A DNA stretch of 64,000 nucleotides from Octopus vulgaris (taxonomy: Eukaryota). The notes under the pieces are model-generated. The model saw nothing but the letters and a program-made list of their open reading frames with translations. It had not been told where the DNA came from and ran no database searches. A program made the position numbers and the translations under genes. Positions 53,161 to 64,000 of this stretch are shown here, one piece after another; the stretch's first letter is position 1; each line of letters opens with the position of its first letter. Location: contig OX597826.1 of assembly GCA_951406725.2 (NCBI GenBank), positions 50,778,001 through 50,842,000 on the forward strand, in the 5' to 3' direction.

Positions 53161-53387
53161 CGGCGAGCTGGCAGAATCGTTAGCGCGCCGGGCGAAATGC
53201 TTAGCGGTATTTCGTCTGCCGCTACGTCCTGAGTTCAAATTCCGCCGATGTCGACTTTGCCTTTCATCCTTTCGGGGTCGACTAAATAAGTACCAGTTAC
53301 GCACTGGGGTCGATATAATCGGCTTAATCCGTCTGTCTGTCCTTGTTTGTCCTCACTGTGTTTAGCCCCTTGTGGGTAATAAAGAAA
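53161..53387 (+). mobile_element. SINE family C nested in the head of a family A SINE
   Basis: TSD taagaagttt at 53148-53157 and 53388-53397. Confidence 0.8.
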
Positions 53388-53451
53388 TAAGAAGTTTTCT
53401 CCCCAGGCACATGGTTCTGGGTTCATTCCCCTGCATGGCTCTTTGGGCAAA

Positions 53452-53760
53452 TACTATATATATATATAAACTGAGAATGTGTGTCAGTCTAAGTGTCTCT
53501 GTGTGTATATGTGTGCATCACTAAAACTCAAGAACTATCCAACCGATTTCATTCAAATTTTACACATGCCTACTTAGGGTCCATGCAGTTTCATGGGTCC
53601 CCAAAATTTTCAACTTCTTGCCTAATGCAAGCCCAGAGCAATTTCTTATTTCTTCCACTATTTCAGTATTACGTGTCAAAAGCGAAACAATAACATCTCT
53701 TTTGTAATGTGAGATAGTACTTTCAGTTTTGATAGAGAAACTATTAATACTTTCACTATG
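53452..53760 (+). mobile_element. Helitron-like non-autonomous fragment
   Basis: ctatatatataaa 5' motif, short microsatellite and aaccgatttcattcaaatttt, as in non-autonomous Helitrons; 3' end not resolved. Confidence 0.45.
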
Positions 53761-53764
53761 TGTG

Positions 53765-53814
<50 letters not shown>

Positions 53815-54189
53815 GGGTAAAATCAGAAATGATTTTTACCAAGCGGTCAGCGCCGAAATAAAAACTTATTACTTCAAGCCCGAAACCCAATCATATACGC
53901 AGTTAACCTAAATTGTAATTAATTTTCTTTCTTCTATTGGCCTATATGTAGTGTGTTGTTCTCGGAGAATTTATGGTGGCAGCAGTGTCTTTTGACGTCT
54001 ATTTTTCAGTGCGTGGTGAGGCGCAAGCCAAGCCTTTATTATAATTGTGTATATAATTATAATATATATATATATATATATATATTAGTTACATTTCTAT
54101 TACTTTCGCTATGATATATTTATGTATATATATATGTAAATATATATATATGTGTATATATATGTATATGTATGTATATATGTATATGA

Positions 54190-54318
<129 letters not shown>

Positions 54319-54435
54319 TCTATCCAATATGTTACATTACTCGGTAGTCAAGATAAAACATATTGTATAGATAAATTTCCTCTATTTACATAATATTGAG
54401 GTCTCTTTCTTTCTTTTGTTATCTTACCGTTTTAT

Positions 54436-55342
<907 letters not shown>

Positions 55343-55443
55343 AAACCTAGCACTCTGGAGCCTACCCAGCTGTATTTATAGCACAGAATCACTCATCTTG
55401 CTACAGTCAAAAATTGTGAAGCATGACTGTCAACACTACTACA

Positions 55444-55488
55444 TGAACCCGAAGATTGCAGAATTCAATGCATGAAAGTACTAGTTCA
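55444..55488 (+). ncRNA. Type I hammerhead variant (U4C)
   Basis: UGAAC-CCGAAGA-UUGCA-GAAUUCAA-UGCAU-GAA-AGUACU-A|GUUCA, in a ~300-bp island between two long (TA)n arrays. Confidence 0.65.
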
Positions 55489-55652
55489 ATCAGAATGAAT
55501 ATTTAACATTCTACTATTTCATTTTATTTTATTCAATTATAATATATTATCTTATAATATATCATTATAAGATTGTAAATAAAACGTGAAAATCAGACAA
55601 GGTTGGAATTCTTTTTATTAATATATTCTTCTATACACAATCACACACACCC

Positions 55653-56720
<1,068 letters not shown>

Positions 56721-58010
56721 TAGCAAACGCCCCCGTCCATTGGATGGTTTGTATAGGTGAAGAGGTTAACTTGGACGGTGTTAAGTTGTGGAAATGTTTG
56801 GTGATAGAATGGGGTCGTTACTTTTGGTTTGGGCATTAAAGATTTCTGAGACGTTAAAACTGTTGACTGTTTCTTCTAAATAAGGAAAATTGATTGATAG
56901 TAAATCTTAGCACCGTGAACTCTTTCAAAATTGTCATGAAGCCAATAAAATGAAGGAAAGCTGTTCAGCCCACAATATATACATCTTTCAGAGGAATCGG
57001 ACATGATTATTGAATTTAAACTTTCTGTGCTCAAACACTTTCACATTAGGATAAGCATATTGTGCTCTTCCATAGTACAAACCTCATGTTGACACCTACA
57101 CGTCAGACTGAACGCTGTTTTATCTCCAAAGTGAATATTGCAAGTGATATTTAAGCAATAAACAGTTCTTTGGCTTTAGCATTTGATGACTATTGCTTTA
57201 CGTATTTTATTTCGATTTTCACTAGCGTAGTGGTAAGAACTACGGGATAAGTAACATTAGTTTCGAATGAAAATGTAAATGGAAGTTTTAATCACCTGAT
57301 GGACATGCAAACAGAAACTGCAACTCAATTAAGGTGCAAAAACTGCCACAAAAACAGTTGAAACTCAGGGGTGAAATAACACAATGTGCAATAAAATAAC
57401 ATAAGGCATGCTCTTTGCAAATCAATTTTATCTCTAAAATTGAACAATACTGCCTATTCTTTTAAGTTGGACGAGGAACGTTAGGTAAGATTTTAAATGT
57501 AAACCGTCCCTGCTCCAATTTTTCACGTTTTATAAGCAATCAATTAGTCTTTTCTACTATCAATTGAATTTTGTTGAAAATATCTTCAGAAAATTGAGTG
57601 ATCACCAGTTATTTATTTGCTGTATTTTCACTTTTTTGATCACTTAAACTAACTGCCTTTCCCTAGTAGTTTTTCATGTCATCTGGTTTATTGCACGATA
57701 AACAGCCGTAAGAACACATGTGACCGTGAATGCACGTGGTTGATTACAGTTAATTAAAGTTAGGGTGATATCAATCTTTTTAGCCGCATACAAACGTGTG
57801 AAAACGCAGAAATGAATACAGTTGTTTGTGCTCTAATATTTAAATCAAAATGAGATTGCATTTACAAATAGCAAGCTTTATTTACATATGTCTGTCATTT
57901 AAATGTGAAAACGTAGAAATGAGTTGTTTAGAACGTCGGTTAATGAACAGGATGGCGGGAGAAAGAGGACAAAAAGTAATGCAAACTGCAGATTTCCCAA
58001 TAGTTCAGCA

Positions 58011-58047
<37 letters not shown>

Positions 58048-58220
58048 TTATGTATGTATGTATGTATGTATGCATGTATGTATGTATGTATTGTGTCCTG
58101 TCTGTAGCGTACGTTTAGTGAAATTTTCTCTCTCTCTCTCTCTCTGTTATATATAACATAAATACAGACGTAGCAGATAACAGCTAATCTTCAGCCGCTT
58201 GGGCCCTGTTGTGTCCACTA

Positions 58221-58390
58221 CTCTGATTGGTTGGTATTGGCGCAATTTTTCTCCTGCTCTATTACGCGCCAAAGTGCAACATAACCAATATCAGCCTTCT
58301 GATAAGGTCCCGTGACACAGTCTTCTAAATTCACTGCTGGAGCCTCCTAGTCACTATAAAAACTAGTCACAACGAACCGTATTTCGTCTT
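58221..58390 (+). promoter_or_regulatory. Putative Pol II promoter with CCAAT boxes, E2F-like sites and TATA box
   Basis: ATTGG 58226-58230 and 58236-58240, CCAAT 58285-58289, TTGGCGC 58237-58243, CGCGCCAAA 58265-58273 (reverse complement TTTGGCGCG), TATAAAAA 58355-58362, all in a repeat-poor CpG-retaining block. Confidence 0.6.
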
Positions 58391-58476
58391 TGGTTCTAGA
58401 TCTTCTAAGGTCTAACCACTGACCACAGAGCACACAGCCAGATCCAGCGACTACACCAGCAACAACTTGAAAAAAC

Positions 58477-58575
58477 ATGAACTCTTCGTCTAGCAGCATT
58501 CAGGACCGCCATCTCCGTCGCCTTCATCTTAACGACGCCAACAACATCTCTACATACACAGCAACAATCACTCAG
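58477..58575 (+). CDS. Possible first coding exon or uORF (MNSSSSSIQDRHLRRLHLNDANNISTYTATITQ)
   Basis: First ATG after the TATA box, in A-rich context aaaaacATG. Ends at CAG|gtttaa (weak donor, phase 0) or stops at TAA 58579-58581. No recognisable homology. Confidence 0.3.
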
Positions 58576-59600
58576 GTTTAACTACTTACTGTTTCTGAAT
58601 TACTTCACCGTGGTTAACAGAAAGTACTACATACAAGATCTTCCTGTATCAAGTAACCGGCACAGCATAGTAGCCACAACCGCTTACACGACACGTGATT
58701 CAACCGCCTCTGCATTGTAGCTACAACTTCTTGTCTCAGCTTTTCAACTATTGTGTACTTTACTACGAACTGGTATTTATCATCATTATGTGTGAACATT
58801 CTTCTAGCGTCCTGTTATAGACTCTTTCTATGCTCTGTATTTTATCTCACACGCATACACCCTTGTTTGTACACACATACACATTATGTATGCATGACGG
58901 CCTGTCTATTGTTATTATTATTATTACATATGTACTTATGTCGCACACACAGACACACACTCTGCTAACACCTAAATAAAACCTTTCTCTTAAACCTTTC
59001 TATCGGTTGTGTCGTCTTCCTTTTCCTTCTAGCACTCTTACTCATTTATCCATTTTTGTTTTTATTGTAAGCGACCGTGCGGTGTATTAAAGGATTAATT
59101 TATTCGTCACTTCTCTCCTTTTGCACGGTTGTTCTGCATGTCTAACGAGCCGATATCAGCGAAACTTGGAAGTTTCAGCGACTCTGTATTTCTGACTAAC
59201 AAAATATTTAAACTCAACATCTACATTGAATTCTTTTTCAGTGAAGGTTGCGGTTATTCGTTGTTGTTAATATTCTTATAAACACCAACATCCATAAAAC
59301 ACAGACACACACTCTCTCTCTTTCCTTCTCTCTTCCCCCTCTCTTTCCTTCTCTCTTCCCCCCTCTCTTTCCTTCTCTCTTCCCCTCTCTCTCTCTATAT
59401 ATATATACACGTCCGTTTATGTTTGTGTATGTCTGTCAGTGCTTATGCATGTGTTTATATATGTGTGCGTGTTTGTGTTCGCGTTTCTATAATCTGAGAA
59501 CAACAACAAAAAAAAATCGATGTTAGGTAAGTAGGCACGAGTGAGACTGTATCTGTGCATGTGTTTGTGTTGGAAAAGACATGAGTGTATCTGGGGGTGC

Positions 59601-59651
<51 letters not shown>

Positions 59652-59913
59652 TGTGTGTGTGTATGTGTGTGTGTGTGTGTATGTGTGTGTGTGTGTATAA
59701 AAGGTTGTTTACCATCTCAATGCCCTGCTCTCCTTTTCAGATTAGTGCGTCTTAATGTGTGCTAGCCTGTGTATGCTTATGTTTGTGTGTAATGAGGATG
59801 TTGAAATACATATATATATGTATGTACATACATACACACACACACATAATATAAACAAACATACGTACATACACAAATTCATTCATACATACAATCACAT
59901 ATACACGGCCACA

Positions 59914-60429
59914 CATTTATATATATATATACACCTGATTATATGTGTATGTGTATATGTGTCTATATATCTATATGTATATATATACATATGTATATGT
60001 ATATAAATGTATATATGTGATATATGTTTATGTATGTATATATATGTTTTTGTATATATTCATAAATATGCATGCTTATATATGTACGTGCATTTATATA
60101 TATATACACCTGATTATATGTGTATGTGTATATGTGTCTATATATCTATATGTATATATTTATACATATGTATATGTATATATGTGATATATATATATGT
60201 ATGTATATATATGTTTTTGTATATATTCATAAATATGCATGCTTATATATGTACGTGCATTTATATATATATATACACCTGATTATATGTGTATGTGTAT
60301 ATGTGTCTATATATCTATATGTATATATTTATACATATGTATATGTATATATGTGATATATATATATGTATGTATATATATGTTTTTGTATATATTCATA
60401 AATATGCATGCTTATATATGTACGTGCAT
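59914..60429. repeat. Three tandem copies of a ~170-bp unit built on degenerate TA/TG
   Basis: Units start at 59914, 60091 and 60258 and share acacctgattatatgtg and ttcataaatatgcatgcttatatatgtacgtg. Confidence 0.85.
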
Positions 60430-60703
60430 GTGTGTGTATAGATATATACATTTTCACATATATACACACATACAATTTTATATATTTACATGTACATATA
60501 CGTATATACGTACAAGTGTGTATGTATATGTTTGTATGTATATATGTACATATACACAGACATACATATACACACCCACACCCACATATAAATATATATA
60601 TATAACCCCACCATTTACTGACTTATATATATATGCACACATTTAATCATCTATCAACGTATTTATGCGTATGTACAAAGGAATTTGTAAGTATGTGTGT
60701 GTA

Positions 60704-60766
<63 letters not shown>

Positions 60767-61004
60767 TTATGTATGCATCATCCAGGCATGAATGGTTGTT
60801 CGTGTACTTTTAAAAAAATTATGCTTAAGCATTGCAAGACGAAAACACAAGTAAATATAAAAACAAACACAGAAAGCAGAACGAAAAACGAAGAAAAATA
60901 AAAGAGAGAAAAAAGAGAGCGAAAATATAGATGTACGAAGAAAAACAAAGAGAAGATAGATAATAATAAGACGTTGCATGAAAAAAAAAAAAATAATAAT
61001 AATT

Positions 61005-61073
61005 ATGACAGCAACCACTGAACTGCCGCCAGTGAAGGTTCGATATAAACGAATGGTGATCGGCCATTGGCTG
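61005..61073 (+). CDS. Possible first coding exon (MTATTELPPVKVRYKRMVIGHWL)
   Basis: GC-richer non-repetitive island after an A-rich UTR-like stretch; ATG at 61005 and strong donor CTG|gtaagc at 61074 (phase 0). No recognisable homology. Confidence 0.35.
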
Positions 61074-61133
61074 GTAAGCGTGTCAGTTGATACGCACACA
61101 CACGCATCACACACATACCACAAATTCACGAAC

Positions 61134-61194
<61 letters not shown>

Positions 61195-61421
61195 ACTATA
61201 AACACATACACACGTACACACGTCATACACCTTCCACTTGGCAGGAAGCTTTTAGTGTTGGAGGAAGAAATGGAGGAGTGGTGAGGTGAGGACGGCATCT
61301 TAGTACATGAAATGCAGTTTAACTTCCTTAGTTGCTGCTGCGCTGCATTCGTTGTGTTTTTTTGTTTTTGTTTGTTTTACACGCACGCTCGTGTGCGCAC
61401 GCGTCTCGGCTCGCCTTTTCC

Positions 61422-61590
<169 letters not shown>

Positions 61591-61959
61591 CTTATCTCTC
61601 TCTCTCTCTCTATCTCCTTATCTACCTATGCTTGTCTTTCCTTTTCTCTGTTGAAATAAAGATTAAATGTTATGTGTATAAGTGTACGTATACATACAAA
61701 CACACGTGAATATATACAAACACACCTACACACATACTTAAATACACACACACACACACACATATTCTCTTTCTGGTTTCAGTTATTAGACTGCGCCCAT
61801 GATGGAGCATTGTTTTATCTATTTATATCGACGACAGTAATTCATTGCTGTCAGGTGCTTTAATTTAATGTTTGTCGTGATATAAAAGCATACACACACA
61901 CGCAACCATACACACACATACACTCAAACGCACACACGCACATAGAAATCTGCCCATTA

Positions 61960-62288
61960 CTCTTTTATTCTTTTATTTGTTTCAGTCATTTGGCTGCGGC
62001 CATGCTGGAGTACCGCCTTTAGTCGAGCAAATCGACCACCCGGACTTATTTTTTGTAAGCCTAGTACTTATTCTAAGTTACGGGGATGTAAACACGCCAG
62101 CATCGGTTGTCAAGCGATGTTGGGGAGACAAACACAGACACACAAACATATACATACATGCATACATACATGCATGCATACATACATACATACATACACA
62201 TACATACATAAATACATACATGCATACATACATACATGCATAAATACATACATGCATACATACATACATACATACATACATACGTACA

Positions 62289-62320
<32 letters not shown>

Positions 62321-62469
62321 CAACGGGATTCTTTCAGTTTCCGTCTACCAAATTCACTCACAAGGCTTTGGGCGGCCCGAGGCTATAGTAGAAGACATTT
62401 TCCCAAGGTGCTGAACCGGAACCATGTGGTTGTTAAGGAAGCTACTTACCACACAGCCACTCCTGCGCC
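61960..62469 (-). mobile_element. SINE family A
   Basis: Reverse copy with expanded (CATA)n. Confidence 0.8.
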
Positions 62470-63000
62470 TATTACAACAGAATATTATGTACATTATAGT
62501 TAATTTATATTTCATTTAAGTTACATAGGGTATGTGTGTGTTTATATGTGTATTAATGTGAGTGAGTTTATGTGTATGCGTTTCTGTGCATAAGTTTGTA
62601 TGCGTACGTGTGTATATACGTGCGTATTTGTCTTTGTGTGCGAGTGCATGTGAGTTTTTGTATGTGTTTGTGTGTGTGTGTATGTGTGTGTGCGTGTCTT
62701 TGCATGTTTGAGACAGAAATTTGTTTAAACGTTTGCCTATATTAAGGGCCAGCTTTATGTTAGTCTGTGTATTATGAGGTTTCCTCACTCATTTTATCGC
62801 AAAAATACATGAGCTCAAGAATATTTATTAGAGGCGATATCGCTGGTATTGGTCTCATCCTCGGCCGTGGTGCGTGGACGAACCAATGAATGACCCTCTA
62901 AGTAGTCACCTGAATCTGTTAGAAATATCAGGGAAATCTCTCTTCTAACAAATCCAAACATCTTTAAAAAATGGGAAGGAAATATTGAGTAATGTGATCC

Positions 63001-63379
63001 TACTTGTTTCAGTCATTTGACTGTGGCCATGCTGGAGCACCGCCTTTAGTCGAGCAAATCGACCCCAGGACTTATTCTTTGTAAGCCTAGTACTTATTCT
63101 ATCGGTCTCTTTTGCCGAACCGCTAAGTGACGGGGACGTAAACACACCAACATCGGTTGTCAAGCGATGTTGGGGGGACAAACACAGACACACAAACACA
63201 CACAAACACATATATACGATGAGCTTCTTTTAGTTTCCGTCTACCAAATCCACTCACAAAGCTTTGGTCGGCCCGAGACTATAGTAGAATACACTTGCCC
63301 AAGGTACCACACAATGAGACTGAAGCTGGAACCATGTGGTTGGTAAGCAAGCTACTTATCAAACAGCCAATCCTACGCC
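63001..63379 (-). mobile_element. SINE family A
   Basis: Reverse copy. Confidence 0.85.
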
Positions 63380-63659
63380 TATAGGTGTGTGGAAAAATTA
63401 AACGGATGGCTATGGCTAGAACGCCTTTTCTCATAATTCAATTCATTCAAGCTGTAATGAAGACCAGAACAGTAGCAGCAACAGCAACAATAATAACGAA
63501 TACTGGTTTCAATCTCAAGCAAGAATGAAAAGCAAGGAAATTATTTTCTCTCTGCCAAGCACTGAGTCCCTATATATTTTAGAGATTAGGGGCTGAAAAT
63601 AAATGCTATCATATTCATGCTTTTTTCCAACGGCCATCAGCCATCAACCAGGTGAACTT

Positions 63660-64000
63660 TTTGTATCTAATGGTCAGCTTGCCAAGACTTCCCAGTTCCA
63701 TCTCTGTTGTGTTACATACGTACAATCAGCCAGGTTCTTGTTTCCTGTCCATTCTTCGATGACGTCAGCTCACAAAAGCCTTTGCCGGCCTCTTTTTCTC
63801 TTCCTGTCAGGATTCTTTGAGACAATGATTCATGGTGCATCGCATGTCCAAAATATGATAGCTTTGTGATGGATTCTCAACAATATGTGACTTTGTACTT
63901 TCAGCTGTTTTAGTACTGCAGTGTTTGCTATCCTGTCTTTCCAGCTTATTCTGCTTAATTTGCGGAAGATCCACATCTCAAAGGCATCTATCTTCTTTTC
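63660..64000 (-). mobile_element. RTE-clade LINE 3' fragment (continues beyond the window)
   Basis: EKKIDAFEMWIFRKLSRISWKDRIANTAVLK...RKRGR. Confidence 0.85.

Noticed and set aside
57467-57484. 18-nt microexon candidate (tttaag|TTGGACGAGGAACGTTAG|gtaaga)
   Set aside because: Splice signals only, no homology; could occur by chance.

Overview
AT-rich, repeat-dense animal DNA, most likely an Octopus (coleoid cephalopod) genome, judged from the tRNA-headed SINE families and the very long (TA)n/(TATG)n/(ATT)n tracts. Nearly all ORF-track entries are microsatellite or SINE artefacts. The one confidently recognised host coding exon is a calpain domain III (C2-like) exon at 20094-20311 (+), with several candidate C-terminal exons downstream, one encoding a hydrophobic tail. 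A repeat-poor block at about 56.7-59.3 kb has a TATA/CCAAT/E2F-type promoter and possible first exons of an unidentified gene. The rest is nested mobile DNA: at least 4 SINE families, mariner/Tc1, Merlin, Helitrons, RTE, CR1, R4/Dong-like and Penelope-like elements (PLEs). The most striking hidden signal is eight type I hammerhead ribozyme motifs (2.1, 2.5, 4.2, 9.3, 28.2, 41.2, 43.4 and 55.4 kb). Most lie on short PLE-type modules at microsatellites; they have palindromic stem III sequences and an unusual range of catalytic-core variants. All folds and alignments were done by eye; nothing was computed or searched.
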